Of a stretch of DNA of 64,000 nt, positions 41,475 through 52,427 are shown in pieces. Numbering within the stretch: the first letter of the stretch is position 1; every line of letters starts with the position of its first letter. Source of the stretch: Thermodesulfobium acidiphilum (GTDB lineage Bacteria > Thermodesulfobiota > Thermodesulfobiia > Thermodesulfobiales > Thermodesulfobiaceae); NCBI RefSeq assembly GCF_003057965.1, contig NZ_CP020921.1, positions 1,228,916 through 1,292,915 on the forward strand, given 5' to 3'. The notes beneath the pieces were generated by a model, which worked only from the letters and a program-made list of their open reading frames with translations, was not told the origin of the DNA and ran no database searches. Made by a program: the position numbers and the translations under genes.

Positions 41475-42644
41475 TTGAGCAAAAATGAGTCAATGTACAA
41501 GATTTCAAAGTTCGCTGCTCCCGAATTCATATTTGGAATTGATTCTATAGATTACGTAAAAAGATATATTAAAAACTTCTCGCTCACCCATCCTATGGTA
41601 GTTACTGACTCAGGACTGCTAAGTGCAAGCTGGGCTAAAAATATTTTTAAACAGTTAGAAGGTATTGATATAAGGTACTCTATATATGACAAAGTTTCAG
41701 AAAATCCAAAGGACTATGAAGTAGAGGAAATTTCAAAAGTTATAATAAACTGCAATTGTGATTCTATTATTGCTATAGGCGGAGGCAGCGTAATAGATGC
41801 AGCAAAGGCAGGTGGTATTATGTGTGCAAATCCAGGATCAATAAGAGACTACGAAGGAATAGATAAGATTGTACATCCAATGCCTCCTATAATTTGTGTA
41901 CCGACCACTTGCGGCAGTTCAGCTGATGTGTCCCAATTTGCAATTATTACGAACACCGATGAAAGATACAAAATGGCAATAGTAAGTAAGTCGCTACTTC
42001 CTGATATCTCAATAATAGATCCAAAAACACTTACCACACTACCAAAGGAACTTTTGATCGCCACATCCCTTGATGCATTGACGCACGCATTTGAATCTTA
42101 TGTATCCCTGGGTTCATCTCCCATTACCGATATGTTTGCCTTAAAAGCCATAAGGCTTATTTTCGAAACCCTTCCAAAAGTGGCCAAAGATCCAAAAAAT
42201 ATTAATTACTTAGAAGATCTAATGCTCGCAAGTCTTATGGCAGGAATGGCTTTCTCGAATGCCAGTCTTGGTATGGTTCATGCTATAGCACACAGTATGG
42301 GCGGGTATAAAGATATTAGACATGGCACATGTAATGCAATACTATTAGACAGCGTTATAGATTTCAATTATGTATATGCAGCATACAGATACGACAAAAT
42401 TAGCGAAAGCTTAGGTTATGTTTTGGAAGATTTAAATGAAATAGATAGAAAAAAAATATTAATTGAGAGTATTATGAATTTAAAGAACAAAATCGGATTT
42501 AATATTACACTAAAAGATTTACAGATAAAAGAGAGTGAAATAGATATAATTGCAAAACATGCAGTAAACGATCCTTGCATGCTTACAAATCCAGTTATGC
42601 CTACTTTTGAAGAGGTGAAAGAGTTCATTGCAAGAAACATCTAA
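41475..42644 (+). CDS. Iron-containing alcohol dehydrogenase family, ErcA-like regulatory protein
   Basis: KFAAPEFIFG start, GGGSVID, PTTCGSSADVSQFAII, DALTH, HAIAH..HG metal ligands. Confidence 0.85.
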   Translation: MSKNESMYKISKFAAPEFIFGIDSIDYVKRYIKNFSLTHPMVVTDSGLLSASWAKNIFKQLEGIDIRYSIYDKVSENPKDYEVEEISKVIINCNCDSIIAIGGGSVIDAAKAGGIMCANPGSIRDYEGIDKIVHPMPPIICVPTTCGSSADVSQFAIITNTDERYKMAIVSKSLLPDISIIDPKTLTTLPKELLIATSLDALTHAFESYVSLGSSPITDMFALKAIRLIFETLPKVAKDPKNINYLEDLMLASLMAGMAFSNASLGMVHAIAHSMGGYKDIRHGTCNAILLDSVIDFNYVYAAYRYDKISESLGYVLEDLNEIDRKKILIESIMNLKNKIGFNITLKDLQIKESEIDIIAKHAVNDPCMLTNPVMPTFEEVKEFIARNI

Positions 42645-44364
42645 GGAACCATCATTTGTAGAAAGTATAAGACGACAACTAATAGGTTTAGGAGAAAACT
42701 CTTCAAAAAAAACTTATTATGGCGAGTTAAGAGAAAAGATTCAATATCTTGAGCGTTTCAGGACTCTTCTTGATAGTTCTACAGATATGATCTTGCTTAT
42801 AAATTCTCAAACAAAAAAACTAATTGACGCAAACCTTTGCGCTATAAAAAGATTAGGATATAGCGTGAAAGAATTAGAAAAGATGTCAATCCTCGAATTT
42901 ATAAACATTAAAGAAGATGAGTATCCTGAATTATTCGGGTACATTGTTTCAAAAGACTTTACAAAATCGCTTGTAACAGAATTTATATGTAATGATGGCA
43001 AAAAAATACCCGTAGAAATCATAATAACGTCAAAGAGGTTTTCTGCCCAGTGGTACTACATAATTATTGCAAGGGATATAAGTGAAAAACTTGCCAAAGA
43101 AGCTGAGATGAAAGCAATAGAACTCCACTACACTAAAATTCTTGAAAACATATCTGATATAATAATTGAGCTCTCAGAAGATTTCAAAATATTATCCGTA
43201 ACTCCATCTGCGTCTAAAATCCTTGGTTACCAAAATTACGAAATTATAGGTCACAGTTTCTACGAACTTGTAGAAAACAAAGACCTTAATTTAGTAATAT
43301 CAGCTCTTTCTAATGTCAACAATGACAAACACATTAGCTTTAGTATAAAAAATAAGAAAAATATTTCAATAATTGTAAGTGCAAGCATATCTAGAACTAA
43401 ATACGACAATACAAAATACATAGTAAGTTTAAGAGATATATCGGAAGTTTCAAAAGTTTATAAAAATTTAGAAGAGAAAGAAAGACGCTTTAGAATTCTT
43501 TTTAACAGTATAAACGAGGCAGTTCTGTTATTCCCTATCCCGACAAAAGGAAGATTCGAAAAATTTATAGAAATTAACGATACAGCCTGCGCTTTTTTAA
43601 ACATGAAAAAGGAGGAGATACTTAACTTTACCATTAAAGATATCTTAGCACCAGGAAAAGAAAAGAACACTCTCTTAGAAAAGTTAATTCTAGGAGAATT
43701 CGAGAACTCAATTCCGGCAGAATTTATTAGTAAAAACTCTCAAAATATTTTTGTTGAAATAGATATAAAAAGATGTCATATAGGCGATCAGGATATGGTG
43801 CTTTTAATTGCAAAAAACGTCACTGAAAAAAAGTTAATGGAAAACAAACTCAACTATCTTGCTTTCCATGATCATCTAACAGGACTTTCTAATAGAACGC
43901 TCTTCTCAGATAGAGTCCAATATGAAATTTCGAGATCAAAGAGAAATAGAACCTTTTTAGGAGTAATGTTCTTAGACCTAGATAGGTTTAAAGATGTAAA
44001 CGATACCCTTGGCCACAAAATTGGAGATAGCCTTCTACAACACGTAAGCGCAAAACTTCAAGAAACAATAAGAGAAACTGATATTTTAGCAAGAATGGGT
44101 GGAGATGAATTTGCTATCCTGGTGCCAGATCTTAAGGATAAAAATGAAATAAGACCTCTTGCAAAAAGAATACTTAAGTTATTTGAAAATCCATTTATAG
44201 TAAATAACAATTCTTTTAAACTTGGCATTAGCATAGGAATTAGTGTGTACCCTTATGATGCAAAAAATTATGAAGAGCTTCTTACCAATGCTGATACTGC
44301 CATGTATAGTGCCAAAAATTCAGGAGGCAATAAGTTCATATTCTATTGTGAAAATATTCTGTAG
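42628..44364 (+). CDS. Multi-PAS diguanylate cyclase
   Basis: Three PAS-like segments ending RDIS/RDIS/KNVTE; HDHLTGLSNR, DLDRFK, RETD I-site, GGDEF. Confidence 0.93.
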   Translation: MQETSKEPSFVESIRRQLIGLGENSSKKTYYGELREKIQYLERFRTLLDSSTDMILLINSQTKKLIDANLCAIKRLGYSVKELEKMSILEFINIKEDEYPELFGYIVSKDFTKSLVTEFICNDGKKIPVEIIITSKRFSAQWYYIIIARDISEKLAKEAEMKAIELHYTKILENISDIIIELSEDFKILSVTPSASKILGYQNYEIIGHSFYELVENKDLNLVISALSNVNNDKHISFSIKNKKNISIIVSASISRTKYDNTKYIVSLRDISEVSKVYKNLEEKERRFRILFNSINEAVLLFPIPTKGRFEKFIEINDTACAFLNMKKEEILNFTIKDILAPGKEKNTLLEKLILGEFENSIPAEFISKNSQNIFVEIDIKRCHIGDQDMVLLIAKNVTEKKLMENKLNYLAFHDHLTGLSNRTLFSDRVQYEISRSKRNRTFLGVMFLDLDRFKDVNDTLGHKIGDSLLQHVSAKLQETIRETDILARMGGDEFAILVPDLKDKNEIRPLAKRILKLFENPFIVNNNSFKLGISIGISVYPYDAKNYEELLTNADTAMYSAKNSGGNKFIFYCENIL

Positions 44365-45598
44365 GCTCTTTCTATCTATTTTTTTATTTTTAATGCTTCA
44401 AGTTGATAGGACATGCCTGGCAAATTTTGATTTAGAATTATATATGTCTGGATTAAGCAATAACTTACTTATGTCACAGGAAGAAATAAATAATTTTAAT
44501 AAAAAAATAAATAATACAGTATCACTTAGTTCTTTTAAAAGTACCCTTTCAAAGGAAGAATTAGAAAAACTTATATTTCAAAACAATTACTATTTTCCTC
44601 TTTATATAGATTCTATCTATTATGAACACCAGAATTTTGATAACAAAATTGTCGTAAAGGACCAAAACATTATAAAATATGCAATTACGTTAAAAAGAGT
44701 AAATATAAGAACTTTTCCGACTTTAGAAAGAGCTAGTTATTCTCCTAATGATAGTAGATTTGATCAGTTTCAAGAAACAACCTTTGAAATAAATGAACCA
44801 GTACTAGTAATAACTGAAGATAAGAGCGGAAAGTGGGCTTTTATTCAAGGAAGAGACTATAATGGATGGACATTAAAAAAAGATATTGCCTTTTTTCATA
44901 ACAAAGAAGAATTTATAAAATATATTAAATCTCTAAAATCTAATTTTATTACAACCATTTCTTCTAAGTCCAGGTTAATGTTTGATACAGGAGAATTTCA
45001 GGATATAAATATGGGAACAAAATTTATAATAAAAGAAAAGGAGCCAATAAATGGTTTTTTAAGAGTTATAGTTCCAATAAAAGATAGTTTTGGTATGATT
45101 AAGTTTACTACAGGAAGTATCTCTACTTCTGATGTAGTTTATAAATTTCTTCCTTATACAAGAAAAAATGTTATTATCCAGGCTTTCAAAATGTTAAATG
45201 AACCTTATGGTTGGGGAGGAGAAAATGGCTTCCACGATTGTTCTTCCTTTATTCAAGACATCTTCAAAACATTTGGCTTTACCTTTCCAAGAAATGCAGA
45301 TGCTCAGGAAATGTTGCCTGGAACAAGGTTTTCTTTCAAAAATCTAGATTATGATGAACGACTACAACTTATAAAAAACCTAAAGCCTATTTCTCTTCTT
45401 TTTATGAAAGATCACGTCATGTTGTACCTTGGGTTTATCGATAATTCACCATATGTGATAAATGACATTACAGCATATTACCAGAACGGTATTCTCGTAA
45501 GAGATTACAAAGTTGCAGTTACTGATATAATTAATGCAAGAAGATCAGATTCTAAAAGTTTTTTAGAATCTCTTACTACTGCAATTGAAATACCATAA
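44348..45598 (+). CDS. Exported SH3 + NlpC/P60 cell-wall peptidase
   Basis: FDQFQET SH3 region; PYGWGG...DCSSF...FPRN...HVMLYLG; signal-like N-terminus from GTG 44348 (start uncertain). Confidence 0.88.
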   Translation: MKIFCRLFLSIFLFLMLQVDRTCLANFDLELYMSGLSNNLLMSQEEINNFNKKINNTVSLSSFKSTLSKEELEKLIFQNNYYFPLYIDSIYYEHQNFDNKIVVKDQNIIKYAITLKRVNIRTFPTLERASYSPNDSRFDQFQETTFEINEPVLVITEDKSGKWAFIQGRDYNGWTLKKDIAFFHNKEEFIKYIKSLKSNFITTISSKSRLMFDTGEFQDINMGTKFIIKEKEPINGFLRVIVPIKDSFGMIKFTTGSISTSDVVYKFLPYTRKNVIIQAFKMLNEPYGWGGENGFHDCSSFIQDIFKTFGFTFPRNADAQEMLPGTRFSFKNLDYDERLQLIKNLKPISLLFMKDHVMLYLGFIDNSPYVINDITAYYQNGILVRDYKVAVTDIINARRSDSKSFLESLTTAIEIP

Positions 45599-45607
45599 AT
45601 TAACGAG

Positions 45608-46132
45608 GTGATAAATATGAAATTTCTAATTTTTATAATTGCTTTATTATTCATGTTTGCTGCACCTGTACAAGCAGACGAAACAAATAAAACCTATTTT
45701 CAACTGGTAAATTTAGACGTCCAAGCCGATTCTTCTATTTACGTGCCAAAGGGTACAGGAAAAATAACCGAAAGAAAAGTAGGGGATGAAGATCTTTCTA
45801 AGTTTTACGACATTATAAAATCAGACCTCAATGACCATAGCGTAGGCATAAATCCCAATAGCAATATCCATTTAATAATAACAGTAACCGATGTCAAAAA
45901 GGTTCCACAATTTAGCTTTGGAATTTCAGCAGAAAAGTCATTCATAAAGGCAAAAGTTGTCCTTATGAAAGGTGAAAAGATAATAGTTACAGATTCCGTA
46001 TACGGAGAAAGCAAATCAACCACTCCAATTATTAGAACAAACAACCCTTTTGAAGGTGCTATGAAAGAGGCATCAGCTGAAATAATGCGAAAGGTATTGC
46101 CTATTATAATTCCGGGTTTTCCTTCAAAATAG
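45608..46132 (+). CDS. Hypothetical exported protein
   Basis: Signal peptide ending VQA, RBS GAGGTG, no recognisable motif. Confidence 0.7.
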   Translation: MINMKFLIFIIALLFMFAAPVQADETNKTYFQLVNLDVQADSSIYVPKGTGKITERKVGDEDLSKFYDIIKSDLNDHSVGINPNSNIHLIITVTDVKKVPQFSFGISAEKSFIKAKVVLMKGEKIIVTDSVYGESKSTTPIIRTNNPFEGAMKEASAEIMRKVLPIIIPGFPSK

Positions 46133-46140
46133 AAATGCTT

Positions 46141-47337
46141 TTATCCAACAACTAAATAATTTTTGTCTAAAGATTTGCCTTTTAAAAGAGTTATATTTAA
46201 TTTGTTTTTATTAGCCTTAACAGGTATATAGTTTGAACTGTGCCCATAAACATACTTCTCATCTCCTCTCTCCCATAAGGGAGAGGGTATTTCTTTATCA
46301 ATAAACTTTTTCAAAATTCTTGATTGAGAAAACCTTTCAGTTATCATTTTTTGTCTTTCTATAATAATTTTTTTGTCTAGTGGTTTAAACTGAGAGGCCA
46401 CAGTCCCTTTTCTTGACGAAAATGGAAAAGAGTGAACTCTTACAAGAGGGAGTCTATCAAGAAAGTCAATTGTCATCTGAAAATCCTTATCACTCTCAGT
46501 AGGATAGCCTACGATAATGTCTGCAGAAACAAGAAAATCATTTCTTTTCTCTTTAATCTGAAAAATTTTATCCAAAATCTTATCTACATTTGCAAACCTT
46601 TTCATAGATCTCAAAACCTTAGGGCTTGCACTTTGAAGAGATAGATGCAAATGAGGCTGAATTTTATTTGAGCTAATCATAAAATTTATAAATTCTTTAT
46701 TTAAAAGTAATGCTGGATAAATAGACCCAAGTCTTATTTTTATATCATTGCCATCAAGTAAAGTAACTATTTCCTTCAATAACCAAACTATATCAAGTCC
46801 AAGATCATACCCCCATAAAGCTAACTCAATTGCACTCAAAACTATTTCATCTACGTTGTGTAACAAAAGTATTTCTTTTTTAATATCCTCAAATGGCCTT
46901 GATTTTAATGGACCGCGCAAAAACCTTATTATACAGTAAGTACACTCTCTGCAGCAACCATCCCCAACTTTAAGAATATACCTCTTTCTACCGCGATAAT
47001 TCGAATTTACAACTCTACTAGTCAATAACTCTTCTAACTCTTTGTTATTGAAAAAAATTACCTGGGGAAATAATTTTTTTAAGTCCCCATATGCTGTAAC
47101 AGCACAACCTAAAAAATAGGTTTGTTTGTTTAACTTACTAAACTTCTTTAACATTCTGATAGATTCTTTTTGTGCCTTCTCTGTTACTGCACAGCTACTC
47201 AAAATAATAACGTCTGACAAACTAGCCGACAATTCTTCTATACAGCCAGGAAAAAATATTTCTTTAAATTTTGCAAGATCAGCCTGACTAACTTTACAAC
47301 CTAGTGCAAGAGAAAATACCTTTTTATTTAATATCAT
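46141..47337 (-). CDS. mtaB: tRNA methylthiotransferase MtaB (MiaB-like radical SAM)
   Basis: LGCKVS, CAVT, LGC, CxxxCxxC (CCRECTYC), HLSLQS, FSSRKGT; follows rsmE. Confidence 0.85.
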   Translation of the reverse strand: MILNKKVFSLALGCKVSQADLAKFKEIFFPGCIEELSASLSDVIILSSCAVTEKAQKESIRMLKKFSKLNKQTYFLGCAVTAYGDLKKLFPQVIFFNNKELEELLTSRVVNSNYRGRKRYILKVGDGCCRECTYCIIRFLRGPLKSRPFEDIKKEILLLHNVDEIVLSAIELALWGYDLGLDIVWLLKEIVTLLDGNDIKIRLGSIYPALLLNKEFINFMISSNKIQPHLHLSLQSASPKVLRSMKRFANVDKILDKIFQIKEKRNDFLVSADIIVGYPTESDKDFQMTIDFLDRLPLVRVHSFPFSSRKGTVASQFKPLDKKIIIERQKMITERFSQSRILKKFIDKEIPSPLWERGDEKYVYGHSSNYIPVKANKNKLNITLLKGKSLDKNYLVVG

Positions 47338-48046
47338 TTGACAAATAAAACATTATACTACAAGAAACTACACTTGCTGTCTGAACCCTCAAAATTCTCT
47401 CACCTAAAGATAAAACATAAGCCCCTTTAGATTTGAGAAATTCTATTTCATTTAAAGATATACCTCCTTCGGCTCCAATAAAAAGAGATAAATTTCCAGA
47501 AATAGCTGATTTAAATAAATCTTTAATTGACTGATTTGAATTTTCCCAAAAAACCACAATCTGACCTTTAAAGAGTTCATCTGGCAACCTAAAAAGTTTA
47601 TACGGACCTAAAATTTCTGGAACAACTCCTCTTCCTGCAAGTTCAGCTGCTTCTTTTGCGATCCTTTGCCACCTTTTAATTTTGTTTGGAGATACTTCTC
47701 CGTAATAATTTCTTTCACCATATATTAGAACAAACTTCTTAACTCCAAGTTCAGTACACATACGAACTATATCACTCAACTTATCTCCCTTTGGAAGAAA
47801 TTGAAATAATGTAAGATCTAACTTAGGTTCTTTTGCATCTAACCTTTCACCAAGAATTATATGGTTTCCCTTTACCCTGGATTTAAAAATATTTCCCACT
47901 CCATCAAGTATCATAACTTCATCATCATCTTTTAGTCGTAACACCTTAAAAAGATAATGTCTTTCATCTTTTTCTAATTCTATTGAAAGACCCGCTAAAG
48001 GATCGGTTATTCTATTCTTACCTATATAAAGTCGTGGTTCAGACAC
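47324..48046 (-). CDS. rsmE: 16S rRNA m3U1498 methyltransferase
   Basis: HYLFKVLR, ELGV, EAAE, IGAEGG, LGERILR. Confidence 0.93.
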   Translation of the reverse strand: MSEPRLYIGKNRITDPLAGLSIELEKDERHYLFKVLRLKDDDEVMILDGVGNIFKSRVKGNHIILGERLDAKEPKLDLTLFQFLPKGDKLSDIVRMCTELGVKKFVLIYGERNYYGEVSPNKIKRWQRIAKEAAELAGRGVVPEILGPYKLFRLPDELFKGQIVVFWENSNQSIKDLFKSAISGNLSLFIGAEGGISLNEIEFLKSKGAYVLSLGERILRVQTASVVSCSIMFYLSNDIK

Positions 48047-49161
48047 TACTTCTTAATTTTTTTCTTAATTTTTTTAAATAAACTATCTTTTTCTGAATAT
48101 TCTCCCCTGATCTTGGCGAGTTTAACGTAAAGTTCTCGTTCCTCATCAGTAAGATCGGTAGGAGTCTTTATGATGGTCCTTATAATCAAATCTCCCCTAG
48201 ATCTTCCACCATGCTTAGGGAGCCCCTTTCCCTTTATCTTAAACTCCGCATACGGCTGCACACCTGGTGGGATATCATATTCACTAAAACCTTCTTCTGA
48301 ATCAGGAGTGTAATATTCTATTTTTGTACCAAGAACGGCCTGTGGAAAACTTATATTTACGGGATATATAAGATCATATCCATCTCTAATAAATCTTTCA
48401 TTGTTTATATACTTAATCTTTACATATAAATCTCCATAATCTTCACCATATGACCCAGCATTTCCCCCTGATTTCACTTTAAATATCTTTTTCTCTTCAG
48501 TAAATGGTGGAATACTTATAGATATCTTTGTCTTTGTGATAACTCTTCCAGTACCTCTACAATGAGGACAAGGATCTTCTATTACAAACCCCTTTCCATT
48601 ACACTCCGGACAACTATAGGTCTGATAAACGTTCCCTAATATTGTCCTTCTTGAAGAAGTTACCTGCCCTGTACCCTGACACACCTTACAAACAGTTTTC
48701 CTCCCACTGAGAGAGCCCTTTCCTTCGCATTTCTCACATCTCTCGTATCTATCGTACTCAATAATTTTATCTGGAGCACCATTTATTGCTTCAAAGTAAG
48801 TCAGGCCTACTACAATCTCCCTATCTTCGCCCCTGAAACTAACAGTTCGTCTGGTTCTTTCCTGACTAACTCCAAAAAAGTCACCAAAAAATGTTTCAAA
48901 TATATCAGACATGCCGCCAAATGGATCGGCCATTTCCTTTTCTGTGCCAAATCTATCATATCTTGCTCTTTTTTCTGGATCAGATAAAATCTCATAGGCT
49001 TGAGTAAGTTCTTTAAACTTTTCAGCACAATCAGGATCGTCTTTATTCACATCAGGATGGAGTTCTTTAGCAAGTCTTCTATATGAAGCTTTAATCTCTT
49101 CAAATGAAGCATCGCGAGATACTCCAAGTACTGAATAAAGATCTTTATTATTTGTCCTCAA
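48046..49161 (-). CDS. dnaJ: Chaperone DnaJ
   Basis: J-domain HPD, four CxxCxGxG repeats, C-terminal domain. Confidence 0.96.
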   Translation of the reverse strand: MRTNNKDLYSVLGVSRDASFEEIKASYRRLAKELHPDVNKDDPDCAEKFKELTQAYEILSDPEKRARYDRFGTEKEMADPFGGMSDIFETFFGDFFGVSQERTRRTVSFRGEDREIVVGLTYFEAINGAPDKIIEYDRYERCEKCEGKGSLSGRKTVCKVCQGTGQVTSSRRTILGNVYQTYSCPECNGKGFVIEDPCPHCRGTGRVITKTKISISIPPFTEEKKIFKVKSGGNAGSYGEDYGDLYVKIKYINNERFIRDGYDLIYPVNISFPQAVLGTKIEYYTPDSEEGFSEYDIPPGVQPYAEFKIKGKGLPKHGGRSRGDLIIRTIIKTPTDLTDEERELYVKLAKIRGEYSEKDSLFKKIKKKIKK

Positions 49162-50207
49162 TCAAACAACCTCCTCAAGCCGTTGGAAATTTTATGAGTA
49201 TAAATATCAAGTAATTCTACTACATACGGGTATCTCACACGAGTAGGAGAAATAAGCCCTATAAAACCTACAACCTTATTAGCGTAATAATATGGAACCT
49301 TAAAGAAGGTAAACTCCCAGAATTTCGGATCCTCATTCTCCTCTCCAATTACTATCTTTATTTCTCTTTTTTCCCAAGGATCCTCAAAAAGCTTCTGCAC
49401 AATTCTATCTTCTTCCTCTAAAAGGGCAACAAGTATATCGAATTTCTCTTTCTCAGAAAAATCTGGTAGGTTAAACATCTTCATACTATAATAAATATAA
49501 GCTTTTTTATCTGTTGCATTCCATAAGTTTTCTATAACACTTGTCAAGATTTGTTTTGCTTGCGAAGAAAGATTAAAAACAGGATCAAATACTGCCTCTA
49601 ATTCAGAATTAATTTCATTTCTGTTTTTTCCCATCACTTTGCTCTTTATAAGAGAATTAAGTACAAGAGCATCTTCTTCACTTGAAATATCTATGTTTAG
49701 AGGATATGTAACACTAATTCCTCCTTCAAGAAGCAAAAATACAATACAAAAACCTTTTTTTACATATGACAGGTGAAAATCTTTAACATAGAGTTCCAAC
49801 AGAAGTGGATGAGAAATTATAGCAATCCCAAGGGTTTTGCTCGAAAGTTGCTTAGCCATCTTTTTCAAAAATTCACTTACAGGATCATCTTCATCAAATT
49901 CCTCATCAAATTCTTCATACTGGTTTAGATTTGGCTTAGGCCATTCCATCAAAGAATCAACATAATATCTATATCCAATACAAGAAGGAATCCTACCTGC
50001 TGAAACGTGAGGCTGATTTAAAAATCCTTCTTCTTCAAGATCTGCCATATCGTTTCTTATAGTGGCAGGACTAACTCCTAAATCAAATCTCTTCCAAACA
50101 GTCCTCGACGCAACAGGTTCGGCTGTCTGAGTATAGCTTTCAACAACAGCCCACAAAACCTTTTTCTTTCTTGAAGAAAGATAGTCATCAGAGAATTTTC
50201 CCTTCAT
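49158..50207 (-). CDS. hrcA: Heat-inducible transcription repressor
   Basis: EPVAS, VSPATIRNDMADLEEEG, PHVSAGRIP, GYRYYVD, PTRV. Confidence 0.95.
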   Translation of the reverse strand: MKGKFSDDYLSSRKKKVLWAVVESYTQTAEPVASRTVWKRFDLGVSPATIRNDMADLEEEGFLNQPHVSAGRIPSCIGYRYYVDSLMEWPKPNLNQYEEFDEEFDEDDPVSEFLKKMAKQLSSKTLGIAIISHPLLLELYVKDFHLSYVKKGFCIVFLLLEGGISVTYPLNIDISSEEDALVLNSLIKSKVMGKNRNEINSELEAVFDPVFNLSSQAKQILTSVIENLWNATDKKAYIYYSMKMFNLPDFSEKEKFDILVALLEEEDRIVQKLFEDPWEKREIKIVIGEENEDPKFWEFTFFKVPYYYANKVVGFIGLISPTRVRYPYVVELLDIYTHKISNGLRRLFD

Positions 50208-50396
50208 TTTACTTAATCCTCTTTCTCATATATTTTTATACTATTTTATAATATATTATAATACAATTAGTTTTTGACAGTTTATGACTAGTTTTTTATC
50301 TGAATACCAAGCTTTTGGTAATTTTAAATCTAAGAAATATTTTTATTTATTAGTATATTTTATATGAAATCTAATTGAAATGAAGGGAGAAAGAAA

Positions 50397-52070
50397 ATGG
50401 CAAGAAGAAGTGATATGGTTACAAAGGGAATTGAAAGAGCACCTCATAGATCTCTTTTTTATGCAATGGGCTACACAAAAGAAGATATGTCAAAACCATT
50501 GATAGGAGTAGTAAATGCATTCAATGAAATAATTCCTGGTCACATTCATCTTAGAACTCTTGCAAATTACATTAAAAAGGGAGTTAATCAGGCAGGGGGC
50601 GTGCCCATTGAGTTTCCTGTTATAGGAATTTGTGATGGTATTGCAATGGGTCATGAAGGTATGAAATATCCTCTTGCTTCAAGAGAATTGGTAGCTGATT
50701 CAATTGAAACTATGACACAAGCACATATGTTTGATGGTCTCGTTTTGCTTACCAATTGTGATAAGATTGTTCCTGGCATGCTTATGGCAGCTGCTAGACT
50801 AAATATTCCATCAATTATAGTCTCTGGTGGCCCAATGCTCGCTGGAAGATTTCAGCAAACTGATGTTGATCTGATTACTGTTTTTGAGGGAGTAGGGCAC
50901 AAAACACGAGGTAAATATGATGATAAGACCCTTGAAGAACTTGAAATGTGTGCATGCCCAGGTTGCGGATCTTGTTCAGGAATGTTTACAGCAAACACAA
51001 TGAATTGTCTTTCAGAAGCGTTGGGAATGGCTCTCCCAGGCAATGGTACAATACCAGCTGCCTTTGAAGGAGAAAGGAAGAGACTTGCAACATATGCTGG
51101 GATGAAAGCTGTAGAGTTAGTTAACAAAAACATATGTCCAAGAGACATACTTATACCTCAGGCTTTTGAAAATGCAATTGCAGTTGATATGGCTGTAGGC
51201 GGTTCAACAAACACAGTGCTACACCTGCCAGCAATAGCACACGAAGCAGGAATAGATCTCCCACTTGAAATATTTGACCTTATATCTTCAAGAACCCCAA
51301 ACCTTTGTAAAATAAGCCCGGCGGGGAAACATCATATTCAAGATTTGAATGAAGCAGGCGGAATAAGTGCAGTAATGAATGAACTATCAAAGAAAAACCT
51401 TATAAACTTAAACAACTTAACTGTTTCAGGTCAAACAATTGGAGATCTTATAAAAGATAAAAAAGTTAAAAGAAGAGATGTGATAAGACCTATTGACGAT
51501 CCATATTCTAATAGCGGTGGTATAGCAATTTTAAGAGGAAATCTAGCACCTGATGGCGCTGTAGTAAAACAATCTGCAGTAGATAAAGAAATGCTAGTTC
51601 ACACAGGCCCAGCAAGAGTATTTGAATCAGAAGAAGAAGCTATGAAAGCCATTTTAGAGGGTCGAATAAAACCCAAAGACATAATAGTTATTAGATATGA
51701 AGGCCCTAAGGGTGGCCCAGGTATGAGAGAAATGTTAAGCCCCACTTCAGCAGTTGTTGGAATGGGACTAGGAAAGGAAGTAGCTCTTTTAACTGACGGC
51801 AGATTTTCCGGAGGTTCGCGCGGTGCAGTTATAGGACATATTTCTCCAGAAGCTGCAGAAGGTGGCCCCATTGGTCTAGTAGAAGAAGGAGATATCATAG
51901 AAATCGATATTCCTGCAAAAAAAATTGAGCTTAAAATTGACCCTGAAACATTTGAAAATAGAAAGAAAAAATGGTCACCAAAAGCACCCAAAGTAAAATC
52001 AGGTTATCTTGCAAGATATGCTAAACTAGTCACCTCAGCAAGTACAGGAGCAGTACTTAAAGACAATTAA
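50397..52070 (+). CDS. ilvD: Dihydroxy-acid dehydratase
   Basis: [41 protein letters not shown]. Confidence 0.97.
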   Translation: MARRSDMVTKGIERAPHRSLFYAMGYTKEDMSKPLIGVVNAFNEIIPGHIHLRTLANYIKKGVNQAGGVPIEFPVIGICDGIAMGHEGMKYPLASRELVADSIETMTQAHMFDGLVLLTNCDKIVPGMLMAAARLNIPSIIVSGGPMLAGRFQQTDVDLITVFEGVGHKTRGKYDDKTLEELEMCACPGCGSCSGMFTANTMNCLSEALGMALPGNGTIPAAFEGERKRLATYAGMKAVELVNKNICPRDILIPQAFENAIAVDMAVGGSTNTVLHLPAIAHEAGIDLPLEIFDLISSRTPNLCKISPAGKHHIQDLNEAGGISAVMNELSKKNLINLNNLTVSGQTIGDLIKDKKVKRRDVIRPIDDPYSNSGGIAILRGNLAPDGAVVKQSAVDKEMLVHTGPARVFESEEEAMKAILEGRIKPKDIIVIRYEGPKGGPGMREMLSPTSAVVGMGLGKEVALLTDGRFSGGSRGAVIGHISPEAAEGGPIGLVEEGDIIEIDIPAKKIELKIDPETFENRKKKWSPKAPKVKSGYLARYAKLVTSASTGAVLKDN

Positions 52071-52079
52071 ATTTGTTAT

Positions 52080-52427
52080 TTAAAATTTTTCTATACTAAC
52101 GCCCTTCCAAAAGTCTTCCAAATTATAGTAAATTCTTTCCATTGGGGAGAAAATATGGATTACAATGTCCAGCAAATCTATTATTACCCACAATCCCTCG
52201 TTATAGCCAGAAATCTTAAAAAGGTTCTTTCCTAGTTCTTTACATCTTTCCATTATTTTATCAGCAATAGCCTTTACCTGTATAGGTGAATTACCTGAGG
52301 CAATAATAAAATAATCACATATTATAGACTTTTCGCCTATGGAAAGCATTGTAATGTCTTCCCCTTGTTTTTCTTTAATACAGTTAATAATCTCAAGAGC
52401 AAGCGATCTAGAATTATCTTTTTCCAA
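52080..52427 (-). CDS. rsfS: Ribosome silencing factor
   Basis: DYFIIASG, WVIID, IHIF...RIYYNLEDFW; TTG 52427 follows GGAGG. Confidence 0.93.
   Translation of the reverse strand: MEKDNSRSLALEIINCIKEKQGEDITMLSIGEKSIICDYFIIASGNSPIQVKAIADKIMERCKELGKNLFKISGYNEGLWVIIDLLDIVIHIFSPMERIYYNLEDFWKGVSIEKF

Noticed and set aside
44243-44347. Long N-terminal overlap of the NlpC/P60 ORF with the GGDEF gene
   Set aside because: ORF-caller extension; the signal peptide begins near 44348
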